Numbered from the stretch's first letter, positions 28,252 to 41,217 are shown. The stretch: 64,000 nt of DNA from an uncultured Phycisphaerales bacterium (GCA_963755915.1 CAVWLP010000003.1:224001-288000), one strand, 5' to 3'. Notes: generated by a model not told the origin, from the sequence alone. Numbers and translations are program-made.

Positions 28252-29834
28252 CGTCACAAGCAGCAACAGCATCTGTTTTTGATGACCGGGGCTCTTTCGG
28301 CGGCGCTGCGCTGGAATTCTGCGCCGTCACCAAAACGTATCCGGGCGTGCGCGCGCTTCAGGACGTGAGCTTTGCCGTCCGCCCCGGCAGCGTACACGCG
28401 CTGCTCGGCGAAAACGGCGCCGGCAAGAGCACGCTGCTGAAAACGCTCAGCGGCGCTCAGCTGCCGAGCGGTGGCCACCTTCGCATCGATGGCCGGGACG
28501 TGCTTTTCCACAATACTGCCGATGCCATCGCCGCCGGGGTTGCCGTGATCTACCAGGAGTTGCACCTCGTACCGCAACTGAGTGTCGCGGAGAATCTGTT
28601 CCTGGGTCATCTGCCTGCGCACGGCGGGATCGCCGATCGACGGACTTTACGCGACCAAACGATCCAGCAGCTCCGCCGATTTGGCGAGGAGATCGACCCG
28701 CGCACGCTGGTGGCACGTCTCTCCATTGGCCAGCGGCAGATGATCGAAATCGCCAAGGCTCTTTCGCGCAGCGCACGGATGATCGCATTTGATGAGCCCA
28801 CGAGTTCGTTGTCGGCGCGGGAGATTGAAAAGCTGTTCGAGGTAATCAAGCAGCTCAAGGAGCAGAACTGCGCGATTCTATACGTGACGCATCGCATGGA
28901 AGAGGTTTTCCGCATTTGCGACGCCGGCACGGTGCTGCGCGATGGCCGCCATGTCGTGACCTGGGATCCGATGCGCAACGTAAGCCAGCATGACGTCGTG
29001 AAGGCAATGGTCGGACGGGAGCTGAAGGACATTTATAATTACCGGTCCAGGCCGCAGCGCACGGATGTTCCGCCGGCGATTGAGGTAAACGATCTGCATG
29101 GACCGGGCGTGAGCTCGCCGGTCAGCTTCAGTGTCCGGCGCGGCGAAATCCTGGGTGTTTTTGGCCTGGTGGGCGCGGGGCGAAGCGAGTTGATGAAGCT
29201 GATCTTCGGAGCTGAACGCCGGCGGCAAGGGTCGATTCTCGTCGATGGCCGCGAGCTGCAAATCGACGGGCCGGCAGATGCGATCCGCGCCGGGATCGTT
29301 CTTTGTCCGGAGGATCGCAAAAAAGAGGGCATCGTTCCTATCGGGTCGATCATGGAAAACATCAATTTCAGCGCCCGGCGGAACCATGTGGCCCTGGGCC
29401 TGGTTATCCGTAACCGCTGGGAACGGGAAAACGCTTCGCAGAAGATCAAGCAGCTCAGCATCAAAACGCCCAGCCTGACGCAGCTGATCCGAAACCTCTC
29501 TGGCGGTAACCAGCAGAAGGTGATTTTGGCCCGCTGGCTCAGCGAGCAAGTGAAAGTCATTCTCCTCGACGAGCCCACGCGCGGCATCGATGTTGGGGCC
29601 AAGAGCGAGATTTACTCCATTATCTATCGGCTGGCGGAACAAGGAGTGGGCGTGGTCGTGGTCTCCAGCGATCTGCCCGAAGTGCTGGGCGTGGCCGATC
29701 GGATCATGGTGATGAGAAAAGGACAAGTCGTGGAGGTGCTGGATCGCGCTTCGGCAACACCGGAAAAAATATTGGCCTTGGCCCTGCCGATGAGTAATGA
29801 AACAACAAGCCATGAACCTGAGGGAAACGCATGA
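28248..29834 (+). CDS. araG: L-arabinose ABC transporter ATP-binding protein
   Basis: Two ABC domains: GENGAGKSTL, IYQELHLVP, LCPEDRK, LSGGNQQKVILARWL, DEPTRGIDVGAK. Confidence 0.93.
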   Translation: MTSQAATASVFDDRGSFGGAALEFCAVTKTYPGVRALQDVSFAVRPGSVHALLGENGAGKSTLLKTLSGAQLPSGGHLRIDGRDVLFHNTADAIAAGVAVIYQELHLVPQLSVAENLFLGHLPAHGGIADRRTLRDQTIQQLRRFGEEIDPRTLVARLSIGQRQMIEIAKALSRSARMIAFDEPTSSLSAREIEKLFEVIKQLKEQNCAILYVTHRMEEVFRICDAGTVLRDGRHVVTWDPMRNVSQHDVVKAMVGRELKDIYNYRSRPQRTDVPPAIEVNDLHGPGVSSPVSFSVRRGEILGVFGLVGAGRSELMKLIFGAERRRQGSILVDGRELQIDGPADAIRAGIVLCPEDRKKEGIVPIGSIMENINFSARRNHVALGLVIRNRWERENASQKIKQLSIKTPSLTQLIRNLSGGNQQKVILARWLSEQVKVILLDEPTRGIDVGAKSEIYSIIYRLAEQGVGVVVVSSDLPEVLGVADRIMVMRKGQVVEVLDRASATPEKILALALPMSNETTSHEPEGNA

Positions 29835-30892
29835 GCCAGGATCTTCTCACAACCAATCGCCCCGAGCCAGCGACCGCTGGCGCTTCGCCCGCCCCTGCTC
29901 CGCCATGGATTCGCAGTCAGCTCGGCAACTGGCTCGAGCAGGCCGGCATGCTGGCCATTCTGGCGGTGCTTGTCATCGTTTGCTCGCTCACCGTGAACGA
30001 CTTTTTCACGCTGCGAAACCTCGATTCGCTGCTGCTGGCGGTTTCCACCGTCGGAATGATCTCCTGCACGATGCTTTTCTGCCTGGCGTCGGGAAACTTC
30101 GATCTGTCAGTGGGCACAATCGTTCCATGCGCCGGCGTTGTGGCGGCGGTGATGATCAACAAATCCGACAGCATTCTCATTGGCATCGTCGCCGGACTCG
30201 GATTTGGCGCGCTCGTCGGCTTGGTCAACGGCGTCGTCGTCGCCAAATGCAAGATCAACGCACTGATCACCACCCTGGCGACGTATCAGATCGTAAAAGG
30301 ACTGGCGTTCATCTTCTCGGGCGGAAAATCGGTCGGCATCACGCGGCAAGCTTTCTTCACCCTGGGCAACGCCGCATGGCCGGTGGTGCGCGACGTTCAT
30401 CATCGTCTGATTTTTCAACTCACCACCCCAGTTTGGATCTGCATCGGCTGTTTTCTGTTTTTCGGCTTTCTTCTTCAGCGTACAACCTTTGGCCGAAATA
30501 CCCTTGCCATTGGCGGCAACGAAGAAGCAGCGCGGCTGGCCGGCATTGGCGTCGCGCGCATTAAGATTCTCATCTTCGTCATGCAGGGGATCGTCGCCGC
30601 AATGGCGGGAATTGTGCTGGCCAGCCGGATGACCAGCGGCCAGCCTAAAAGTTCCGACGGACTTGAGCTTCAGGTCATCAGCGCCTGTGTGCTGGGCGGT
30701 GTATCGCTGACCGGCGGTATTGGACGCATGAGCTTTGTCATTGCCGGCGTTTTCATCATGGGCGTGGTGCAGAACGCGATGAACCTTGAAAATGTCGATC
30801 CGTTTTATCAATACGTCGTCAGCGGAACGATCCTTCTACTGGCAGTGTTATTTGATCGCCTTAAGCAGATGCGCAGCGGCACGGCGATTTGA
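29831..30892 (+). CDS. araH: L-arabinose ABC transporter permease
   Basis: MLFCLASGNFDLSV, INALITTLAT, TTFGRNTLAIGGNEEAARLAG, SRMTSGQP, VISACVLGGVSL. Confidence 0.93.
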   Translation: MSQDLLTTNRPEPATAGASPAPAPPWIRSQLGNWLEQAGMLAILAVLVIVCSLTVNDFFTLRNLDSLLLAVSTVGMISCTMLFCLASGNFDLSVGTIVPCAGVVAAVMINKSDSILIGIVAGLGFGALVGLVNGVVVAKCKINALITTLATYQIVKGLAFIFSGGKSVGITRQAFFTLGNAAWPVVRDVHHRLIFQLTTPVWICIGCFLFFGFLLQRTTFGRNTLAIGGNEEAARLAGIGVARIKILIFVMQGIVAAMAGIVLASRMTSGQPKSSDGLELQVISACVLGGVSLTGGIGRMSFVIAGVFIMGVVQNAMNLENVDPFYQYVVSGTILLLAVLFDRLKQMRSGTAI

Positions 30893-33131
30893 GGGCCCAT
30901 CAAACGGGAGTTCAGTTGCGATTGTCGTTTTTCCTCATCACAGTTTTGATGCTGGGTCTCATTGCGCGGGCCGATATCTCGATTGATCGCCGGGGCCCAA
31001 TGGTGATAGCGGGCAATGGGCGGATGATTCTTCAAATTCATTTGGACACTGGCACGGTTGACTATCTCCCCGTCGATGCGCCCGGGCGGATCGTCGGCGC
31101 ATCCGCCGGCATCGTCTTGCAGCCAGCGGGTTCGCGCTTGCTCACGACACAATATCCGTCGCATTCGCTTGTCGAGCCGGAGCTTTCGCCGCTCGACGAT
31201 CGAATCGGCACAGGGCAGCGGTTGGTCGTGCGCCATTCTGGTCTGAACGGCGCACCAATGCTCGAGCAGGTCTTTCGTTTTTATAACGACCGACCTGCCG
31301 TGCTCATCGAATTGCGGGCGATTGCATCGCAATCGATTCAATCGAACTGGGTCTCGCCTCTGATTGTCGATCGAAAGACTGACGACGCGGAATTGACCGC
31401 CGGGCCCGCGGGCGATCCGCGTTTGCTGGTAGTGCCGTTTGATAATGACGATTGGTCTCGCTTCGACGCGCGGCGTCTGGACGGGGCCGCGACTTTCACC
31501 GGTACCGGATTTGAGTTCACCACGATCTTCGATCTCCCCTCCGATCGCGGTTGGGTAATCGGCTCTGTCACTCACGATTTCTGGAAGACAGGGATCGATT
31601 TTCGGGCAGGATCATCAACCGGACGCGTGGATGGATTGACCGTATACGGCGGCGCCGCGACATCGGATCGGGCGGACGACAAACGGCTGCCTTATAACCC
31701 TGGAGGAACGCATGACGTCTGCCCACACGGCGCTATGGTCGGCACGACGATTGAATCGCCGACAATTTTCGTCGGATTTTTCAGCGATTTTCGCGATGGA
31801 CTGGACGAATTTGGCAAGGTGAGCGCGGCAATCGCGCCGCCACTTCTATGGAAAGGCGGGCCGCCGTTTGGGTGGTTGACATTTGGGGCTGTGCCGGACG
31901 TCCGGCTCAGTGACGTGATCGGCGCGTCAGATTTTGCGCCGATCATTTGCAGCCCAAGGGGTTTTGCGATACCCGCGGCCGCGTCTGCATTAATATTGAC
32001 GGCAACAACCTCTCCGCCGACGAGCTTCGCGAGGCGGCGGATCACATTCACCACAACGGCCAACTTGCCGGCTATTATCTGAGCCCATTCGTCTGCTGGC
32101 CCTCGGGCAATGAAGACCCGCTGGCGCAACCGGTCGATCAGACCGGTCTGACCTTTTCCCAAATCGCCCTGCACGACGAGCAAGGCCGGCCAATTTCGGT
32201 GGAAGGAAAGGCGTACGCTCTCGACGCCACTCATCCCGGCACGTTGGAATGGATCGGCCGGCAGATTCGGCAGGCCAGGCAAATGGGCTTCGATTATTTC
32301 AAGCTCGATTTCCTCTCCACCGGCGCCATGGAGGGCCGTCATTTCGATCCCCAAATTCTCTCCGGCATCGAGGCATATAACCGCGCAATGCGGTTCATCG
32401 TCCAGACAATCGGGCCGGACAAGTTTATCAGCCTGTCGATCGCACCGATGTTTCCCAGCCAGTATGGCCATTCACGCCGAGTCTCCTGCGATATTTACAG
32501 CCAGCTCACCGATCTGCATTGGCCGCAATTCCGCAATTTTGGATCGACCGAATATATGTTGAGCTGCGACACCTTTCTCTGGTGGATGGCGGGAAGCGTT
32601 TACCCGTTCAATGATCCCGACGAGATCAACCTGACCCGATTTCAGCGCGGCAACGAGCTGCCCGAGGCGTGGGCCAAAACTCGCATTATCTCGGCGGTCG
32701 TGTCCGGCGGCAATTTTCTCGATACCGATCCTTTTGACGATCCTTTTGCGGAGAAGCGCGCCGTCGAGCTGCTGACGAACCCGCGTATCGACGCCGTCGC
32801 CCGGCAGGGAATTGCATTTCGCCCAGTGATTGGCTCGCTTGGCTCGCAGTGGTCGCCGAACCATACGGGCGCCGATGCCGCCGATATTTTCTATCGTGAC
32901 GATTCAGGCGAACGCGGGAAAGCCGTGCTGGTCGCCATCTTCAATTTCGATTCGGATCGTGCCGTGGAAAAGAAATTTTCATTCGATGACATCGGACTGA
33001 GTTCATATCAACATCTTCACATCACCGACCTGTGGACCGGGAATACGATCGAGTGCAATGAAGGGGAACATGCCTGGAAGCTGTCGCCGGGAGAAGCGGC
33101 GTTGGTTCGGATCGCGGCCGACGGCCGATGA
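30889..33131 (+). CDS. Secreted clan-D glycoside hydrolase (GH27/GH36-like alpha-galactosidase or beta-L-arabinopyranosidase), frameshift ~31935
   Basis: Signal peptide; LDATHP, GFDYFKLDFL (nucleophile), RRVSCD, NDPD, C-terminal AIFN...DLWTG beta domain. Confidence 0.72.
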
Positions 33132-33141
33132 ACCCGACAAT

Positions 33142-36100
33142 TCAGATCACCGCGGCGCGGACGGGCTCGGAGGGGACATCCTCGGAAAATTCTCGCAACA
33201 GACCTGCAGCCAGCAACTGGCTGGGATCGCGCTGCAAAATATCTCGAAGCAGATCCTTGGCAATCTCATGCTCGCCTAATCCGATTTGCGCTGCGCCTCC
33301 AGAAGCATGGCATTGACCCGCTGTCGCGCCGCCAGATCATCCTCGAACAACAGCATCGCGGGCAGAGAGGTGGCGAAGTAGTCAATTTTTGGGTCGCTGG
33401 CGGCGAGTGTTTTGGCGTAGGTGAGCAGTTCTTCAAAGAGCCTTTCCGCCTCGGCCGCGCGGCCCAGCCGCTGCATCGCCATCGCGGAAAAATAGGTCAT
33501 TTCCGAGTACTGGCGGACGCTCATTTCCTGGAAATCGCCCCGCGCCTGCGCGGCGAAGAGGAAATACTTTCTCGCGGCTGATTCGTCACAGACGGCCTGG
33601 CAGGCAACACCCTGCCAGTAGTGCACGTTATTTCGGTTGGCCAGAAGATGTTTCGTTTCGCCAAGGTTAGGCGGACTCTGCAAGGCCTGTGCAAAATGGC
33701 GCCTCGCCGCATCGGGATGCTCGGACTTGAGCGCCATTTTTCCCAGGGCCAGATGCGCGTGAACAAACTGGGACAGCGCCAGACCTTCACCCCCCTCCCA
33801 AGGTTGAAATTGCCGGGAATTGAGGATTCGCAGCGATTCATCATGGCGGCCGGCAAGGTTCAGCAGCTCGCAAAATTCCACGGACAGATCATCGCGCGAC
33901 GACACAAGCTGCGGATATTTTTCCAGCTCCACCAGCCGTTTCCCCGGCGCAATGCCCAGGCGTTTGGAGAGCTGATCGCGCTCAAATAACAGCCGCGCGT
34001 CGCCGGCGCCATACTCCCAGGCACGGTCGTATGCATCGCGCGCCGCGGCAAAATCGCGGCGATGATTGAAATAGGCGATGCCGAGATTTCGCCACGTCAT
34101 CGCATTACGCGGATTAATTGCGGCGGCCTTTTCCCACATCTCGATAGCGTCGGCCCGCCGGCCGCGATCGTAATAGAGCGTGCCGAGCAGGTATGGCGCA
34201 TGGGCATCGGCGGGACTTGCCCGCATCGCCGATTGGAGAATCAATATCTCCTCGAGCCTGGCGGGAAAGCAGTAATCAATCGATCCGAATGCAGCTTCGG
34301 CAAAGTGCTTTGCCGCCATCGATGCATCGCCAAGCGACTGGCTGAAATACGCACGGTAATAATGCGCCAGGGCCTGCGCCCCGCTGAAGGGTTCGACAGA
34401 CATGTCATCGAGCATATGGATTGCTTCAGCGAAGAATCCCGCGCAGAGAGATTGATCGCCAGATCGAGTTTCACCTGTCCGTCACAGCCCAGCGGCTCGT
34501 TGACCAGCCAGCGCGCCCAGAAATCCAGCGGATCGATCCGCAGTGTCTGTCTCGCCAGAGCGTCGGCTTCCTCCGCGCGATCGAGCTTGCGGAGCACCAT
34601 GACCATCAGATCGCGGGCGTTTAGATGATCCAGCTCCGCGGCCAGCGCGCGGTCGAGGTGGTCCCGCGCGATCTCCCAGCGCTGCGCGCGACAATCGATC
34701 TCCGCCAGCGCAAAAAATGCCGGCGCACGCCAGGCTGCATTCCAGATCGATTTATAAAACGAGTCGTACGCTTCCTTCTCGCGGCCCAGATAACGCAACG
34801 TCAGACCCAGGTTGTAGAATGGTTCGCCGTCGTATGGATTTGGGTTGCGGCTGGTCAAACGACTAATCGCGGCTCGAAAATGCTGCTCGGCCTTCTCGAA
34901 CTCGCCGCGGCGCAGATGCCAGCGGCCCAGTGCGTTGTTGCATCGACTGTCCAACGGATCGCGCCGCAGCGCCTCCCGCCAATACGGCTCTGGTGAGCGG
35001 GTGGCATGCCGATATTGCTCCAGATGAAGTCCAGTCGTGAACAGCTCATCACAGCTGGCGATTTCCGCGGGCAGGGGCGACTCGGAGGCCGCGGGGGGAG
35101 CGGCGCCGGTTGGTATCGTGCCAGGCGCGAATTTCAGGATCGTGCGCGCCCCCTGCTTCAGCTCAAGCTCCAGATCATTTCTTGAGACTCCCGGCGGTAG
35201 CTGCAAATCATCCTGAATGAGCGGCTGGTCCGGCGCCAGCATCGCTGCCTGCCGCCAGAGAGTTTGCGATCCTGCACGCAAAACTGCTTCGATTTCCATT
35301 GTTGAGGTAACGCCGATGCCGATTCGGGCCCGATCACGATCGACGCGAACGCTGCATGCCGCATCAAGATTCGCCCAATCGGCCGGTCCGATCTGGCGTA
35401 TCGGGTACCAATACTGGCTGAAAGACTTGGTTTCGCCAGGCATAAGGAAAGAAAAGTCCGGCTGATTGTCGGTGTAGACGCCCGCCATGAGTTCGATATA
35501 CGGCGCTTCATCGTCGCTTAGGTTGCGATCCCACGTGTACCCGAAATCGTGATTCCCCCAGGTCCACTGTTTTTTCCCGGGCGAAATGTGATGGTCGGCG
35601 ATGTGAATGATCCCTGCGTCAGCGGCGTGATCGTACCCGCCAAAAAAATCGCCCTGCGAGCCGACGCACATATAACTTGTCGGCACAGGAATGTTCGCAT
35701 ACCAGGAAAGGTCGTTCGCAGCGTATCGATTTGCGGACGGAACGTGCCGTGACGGCAATTCGTCTTGGGGCACTCCGTCTCTCGCTCGGCTGGCGTAATC
35801 CACGCCATAATATTTCCCGTCACACAAGGGATAGCTGCTCGTAGCCCGCTTGGCGTGGTCAGCAATTCCCTGCACGTCTGCGGGAAAAAACGACTGATAC
35901 AGCTCATGCACCTTCGTCGCTGCGTTCGCCCACCACAAAAACGTCTGCACCATCGGCGTGCGGTTGTACAGTTGGACTTTCAGCTCGACGAATGATTTTC
36001 CAGGATGAAGGCAAACACCGTGCATTCCCTTCATCCGGCCAATCGGGTCGTGCTCACTCATCCAAACCGTAACGCTGCCGTCGGCATGTGATTCGATGGA

Positions 36101-36511
36101 CGTGTCCACCGGCATGAACGTGCTGGGGCGATGATGCTGTGGCCAGTTGAATTCGATCCCACCACTGATCCACGGTCCCGCCAGGCCCACCAGCGCCGGC
36201 TTGATCACGTCGTGGCGGTAGATCGCATCGTAGTCGTTGGTCTTGTCAAGGATGGCATGAATCCGTCCCCCAATCTCGGGGAGGAGCATCACCTGGATAT
36301 ATTCGTTTTCCAGGAAAATCGCCCGCCAGGCACGGTCGGATTTGCTCGTACTAACGCGATCCGTAAACGGCAGGGGATATACCTTTCCAGAGCTGCCTTG
36401 ATATACGCGCTTGTCCAGGAACATGGGCTGGCGCAAGGGTGCGTACGGTTCATAGGTCGGTATGAGGACCGACTCATTCCACACCTCAACCGCTCGCGCA
36501 TCGCTCGTCAT
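33142..36511 (-). CDS. DUF5107-domain TPR protein (YphG-like), split by two frameshifts (~34420, ~33290)
   Basis: RVYQGSSGKVYP, LENEY...LPEIGGRI, IKPALVGLAGPWISGGIEFNWPQHHRP, GKKQWTWG, YIELMAGVYTDNQPDF, FQPWEGGEG; AGGAG RBS before ATG 36511. Confidence 0.85.
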
Positions 36512-36674
36512 CGCCAACTCCTGGCCAATTCCGGCCAAATTGCCAAAGGCACAGTACTCGGCAGATGCGGGGGTGTCGTTTTCGTTTCGCATCTTAAGAT
36601 TTCATTTTTTCGTCACGTTGCGGTAAAATACGCCTTGGGGGTCGGAGCCGTTTCGCGAGGGTTGCGCGATTTCT

Positions 36675-37860
36675 ATGCGACGTCGCCCGCGTGTAATCCT
36701 GCTGATCGAGCCGGGCCTATGGCCGCGGCTGCCTGCAGGGGATTGCCGCATACGTGCGGGTCCGGGGGCCATGGTCATGCCTCCATCTGGAGCGTGGACT
36801 GGCAGAAGGGGTGCCGGCGTGGATGGAGCGGCTGCCCGCGGACGGCATTATCGCGCGCATTGAAAATGCCGCTCTCGCCACTTTTCTGCAGCACCGGCGT
36901 CTCCCCACAGTCGATTTGCGCGGCCGGTTCAACATTCCCGGTTTCGCCATGTTCGACAGCGACCATGATGCAATCGTGCGCCTGGCGGTCGAGCATTTCC
37001 TGGAGCGCGGCTTTCGCCATATCGGATTCTGCGGCTTCGCGGGATTGGACTTTTCCGACCGCCGCCGCGATGCGCTGATCCGTCTGCTGGCGAAACATGG
37101 GCTGGTTCCGCTGATGTATGAAATGACGGACGTTGCGGCCAGTGCCAGCACTGTCACCCTTGAATCGGCCGGCTCACGACATCTCAGGGAGCTGGCCGCG
37201 TGGTTGAAGCGACTGCCAAAGCCCGCTGCGATTCTGGCCTGCAACGACAGCCGCGGCCGACAGGTGCTGGACGCGTGCGCGGCCGCTGAATTAGCGGTAC
37301 CGGAGCAGATTGCGGTTGTCGGAGTAGACAACGACGAGGTGCTCTGTGATCTTTCCGACCCACCGCTCAGCAGTGTGCAGCCTGACGCCATGCGCATTGG
37401 GTTCGACGGGGCGGCGGCCCTCGATCGCATGATCCGACTGGGTAAGCCCGCGCCCTGCCGCGTGCGCCTCGTTTCACCCCGACAACTGGTCGTGCGCAGA
37501 TCCTCAGACGTGCTGGCGATAAACGATCCCGTGGTGTCGTCGGCGCTCCAGATCATTCAACGGGAGGCATGCACCGGATTGAACGTCGAAAAACTCCTCG
37601 ATCAAATGACGATTTCCCGTGCAACGCTGGAGCGGCGGTTCGAGCGATTTCTTGGCCGCTCGCCAAAAGATGAAATTCTTCGCTTGCGGCTGAACCGCGT
37701 GCGCTTACAGCTCGCAGAGAGCGAAGATACACTGGCACAGATCGCTGAGGCAACGGGATTCAGCAGCGTCGCACATCTGAGCGTGGCGTTCAAAAACGCA
37801 ACGTCGCTTTCTCCGGGCGAATTCCGGCGCCGCCACCGGCCTGCCGCCAAACAACATTGA
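36675..37860 (+). CDS. XylR-type regulator (LacI-like ligand domain + AraC HTH), frameshift ~36715
   Basis: DGIIAR, AVEHFLERGFRH, LPKPAAILACND, VPEQIAVVGVDND, PPLSSV, RATLERRF..FLGRSP, IAEATGFS. Confidence 0.9.
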
Positions 37861-37921
37861 CGAAAAAATATAATGCACTGACAAAGTTTCATATTGTCGC
37901 TCAATCAGCCGTTGATATCGT

Positions 37922-40139
37922 TTGAGCAGGAGCGTTGTAGTGAGACTTGCACATCTCGCGGCGATCATCATTTGTCTCATGGCCCGCACGGATTTATTTG
38001 CCCAGGACACTCAGCCGATTACGCAGGCGCAGGAAGCCGGCTCCATGGTGTGGAAAATCCGCACCGCCAGTTCGCTATATGAAATCGGGCTCGCCAGCGA
38101 CGGCATTGTGGTGCCGCTCTACTACGGTCCGCGGGATGGGCCGATCAACCTGCCGACGGATCGCCTCAATGTCGACGCGAAGATCGGCAGCACCATGCGG
38201 GAGGTTCCGTTCCGCGGCGGCCTCGGTGAACAGGTGCCGGCGATCGAAGTCGTCTATCCAGACGGCGTGCGGGATGCGGATTTGGTCTACGATTCCTCAT
38301 CCATTGTGCAGATCGAGAACCAGCCGGCATTGCAAATCAATCTGAAGGATGCGGCTTATGGATTGAGGGTCAGCGCCTATTACCGCGTGCTGCCCGAGCT
38401 GGATCTCATGCAGCGATGGATCGTGCTGAGCAACGGGGGCAACCGGCCGATCACGGTGGAAAACGCGCAGTCCGCGTCGTGTCAGCTCCCTGCGGGAGAA
38501 TACGAGTTGATGCATCTGGCCGGCGATTGGGCGCGTGAGTTTATGCCGCAAACGGCGCGGCTCACGCCGGGCGTTAAGACCCTGCAATCGCGAAATTTCC
38601 AATCGTTCGCCACGCCGCCCTGGATCGCGGTCTGCGCGGCCGGCGCGGACGAAACCCGCGGCGGCGTCTTTTTCGCCTCGCTCCACTACAGCGGCAACTG
38701 GCGGCTGGATATCGCTCAAAGCTTTCCAGGCGACGTGCAGATCGTCGGTGGAATCAATTTCTGGGACACCGCGCTTCAGCTCGATCCCGGCGAAACATTT
38801 ACCACGCCGAGGATGGTCATCGGGTTTTCTCCCGATGGTATCCAAGGCGCTTCGCGACGGATGCATGAATACGTGCGGCAGGATGTTCTACCGGCGAATT
38901 TTCGCAACAAAATCCGTCCCGTCATTTACAACAGTTGGTTCGCCACCACGTTCAATGTTCATGAGCAGCAACAGGTCGAGCTGGCGAAACTCGCCAGCCA
39001 AATCGGCGTGGAATTGTTCGTAGTGGACGACGGCTGGTTCAAGGGCCGGAACGACGATCACGCGGGCCTGGGGGATTGGAGCCCCGATCCAAATAAATTT
39101 CCCAACGGTCTGGGGCCGATGATCAAGCAGATCAACGATCTCGGCATGGACTTCGGCATCTGGGTTGAACCGGAAATGGTGAATCCCAACAGCGATCTTT
39201 ATCGTGCGCATCCCGACTGGGTCTTCAATTATCCCACTCGCACGCGGCACGAACAGCGGAACCAGCTCATGCTCAATTTGGCTAGGCAGGATGTCTACGA
39301 CTATCTGCTCGACGCGATGACAAAATTGCTTTCTCAAAACAACATCAAATTCATCAAGTGGGATCGGAATCGCGGCCTCAGCGAGCCGGGCTGGCCCGAT
39401 GCGGCTCCCCAGCAGCAGCGGGCGGTGCGAATTTTATACATGCAAAATCTTTACAACTTGATCGATTCGCTACGCGCACGCTTCCCGGAGGTGATGTTCG
39501 AGGACTGCTCCGGCGGCGGTGGGCGCGGACCTGGGGATGCTGCAACGCATGGATCAGATCTGGCCTAGCGACAATACCAATCCGACCGATCGCCTGTTCA
39601 TCCAATCCGGATTTCTGCGGATGTTTCCGCCCAACACCATGGTCGATTGGGTCACCGACGACAACTGGCATCACGCGGCGGTGTCGATGAAATACCGCTT
39701 TGCCGTCTCCATGGCCGGCGTGCTCGGCGTCGGAGGGGACATCGCGAAATGGAGCGAAGATGACCGCGATACTGCGAAAAAAATGATCGCCCTCTATAAG
39801 GAAATCCGTCCCATCATCCAGCAAGGAACCGTTTACCAACTCATGCTTCCTACAACCAGCGATCGCGTCGCTCTCGAGTATCTATCGGCCGATCGAGATC
39901 AGGGCGTCGTGCTGCTCTATACGATGCGCGACCCACTGGCTGGCAGCACGGACGCCGAACAGCTCACGCGCGTCCTGCGATTTGAGGGCTTGGACCCCAA
40001 TGCGTCTTACTCGATTCGAAACGCTCCCGAAGATGGCTCGCAGCAGGTCGCGTCCGGTCGGACGTTGATGAACGTCGGAATGCCCTGGCCAATCTTCAGC
40101 GATTACAATTGCGCCATCCTGCGGCTTCAGAAACAATGA
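37922..40139 (+). CDS. GH36 alpha-galactosidase, secreted (frameshift ~39520)
   Basis: YSGNW, YNSWFAT, ELFVVDDGWF..RNDD..GLGDW, FGIWVEPEMVN, FIKWDRNR, EDCSGGGG, WPSDNT...DR. Confidence 0.92.
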
Positions 40140-40146
40140 AATCGAC

Positions 40147-41217
40147 TCATGATGCGCCTTGCCCGTCCAATGATGGGGCAACGAGGGTGCGCTTGGCGGG
40201 TTCGGCGGGATTGGCGATGCGGCGGATCAGCCGCTCGAATGCCGCCCGGCCAATCGCTTCTGAGCCGATATCGATGCTGATAGGTTCGGGAATCAACGCG
40301 GCGCGGCGCAGATATTCGTTGGTGACCGTCGCCACCATTAGATCGCGGCCCGGGACGATCTTGTTTTGATACAGCAGCGGATAGACCTGCGCCGCCAGCA
40401 GATCGGTCGGCAGAAACAGGCCAGGTTTCGTTTCCGGCGCGATTTTTCCGGCCAGGATTTGGGCAAGCTGCTCCAGGCTGTCGCCGACGGATAAATGAGA
40501 GCCAAATGAATCCAGAACCAGCGCATCGCGGCGCCGGAGGATAAAATGCACCAGGCTGGAATCTTCTGCGGCGGCGTGCGAAAAGGCCTGGCAACGGCCC
40601 CGCATCGGTTCACGTTCCGGCTGATCGCATAAACAGAAGAATTGTCCGCAGCCGACGCCGGCGAGCTTCTGATACGCGAGGCATCCAATCGCCGCGTCGT
40701 CGGCCCACACCTGCTCAACCTTCACCGTCGAAGCCAATACCGCTGCACTGGCGATCCATACCAGCGGCACAAAATCGGCGCATCGTTGGAAGATTACTTT
40801 CGATGTTTCAGGTTCAGCCAAAACAATAGCGCCGGCGGCGCCGCGGTTTTGCAGCAGATTCGCAATGTCACAGTGCGCGGGATCCAATTCTTCCAGCAGA
40901 ACACGCATTTTCGCCTGCCGGGCGGCGCCGGTGATGCCTGCCAGGACTCCTCCCATCGCGGGTTGTTCCAACCACCGCAGGCTCTTACCAACGGCCAGAA
41001 CGGCGATCTGGTTTGGCCGGGACCCACTCGTGCGCGGGCCGATCTTCGGCCCCCGGCGCACCGTTGGCAGCGAATATCCCAACTGCTGCATCGCCGCATG
41101 GACGCGGTCGGCGGTTTCGGTGCGCACACTTCCTGGGGCGTTCAACACCCGGGAGACGGTCGCGGTAGAAACCTCAGCAATTCTCGCAACATCGACGATC
41201 GACATTGTCGCTCTCAT
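40147..41217 (-). CDS. LacI-family transcriptional regulator
   Basis: SIVDVARIAEVSTATVSRVLN HTH followed by a periplasmic-binding-like domain. Confidence 0.9.
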   Translation of the reverse strand: MRATMSIVDVARIAEVSTATVSRVLNAPGSVRTETADRVHAAMQQLGYSLPTVRRGPKIGPRTSGSRPNQIAVLAVGKSLRWLEQPAMGGVLAGITGAARQAKMRVLLEELDPAHCDIANLLQNRGAAGAIVLAEPETSKVIFQRCADFVPLVWIASAAVLASTVKVEQVWADDAAIGCLAYQKLAGVGCGQFFCLCDQPEREPMRGRCQAFSHAAAEDSSLVHFILRRRDALVLDSFGSHLSVGDSLEQLAQILAGKIAPETKPGLFLPTDLLAAQVYPLLYQNKIVPGRDLMVATVTNEYLRRAALIPEPISIDIGSEAIGRAAFERLIRRIANPAEPAKRTLVAPSLDGQGAS

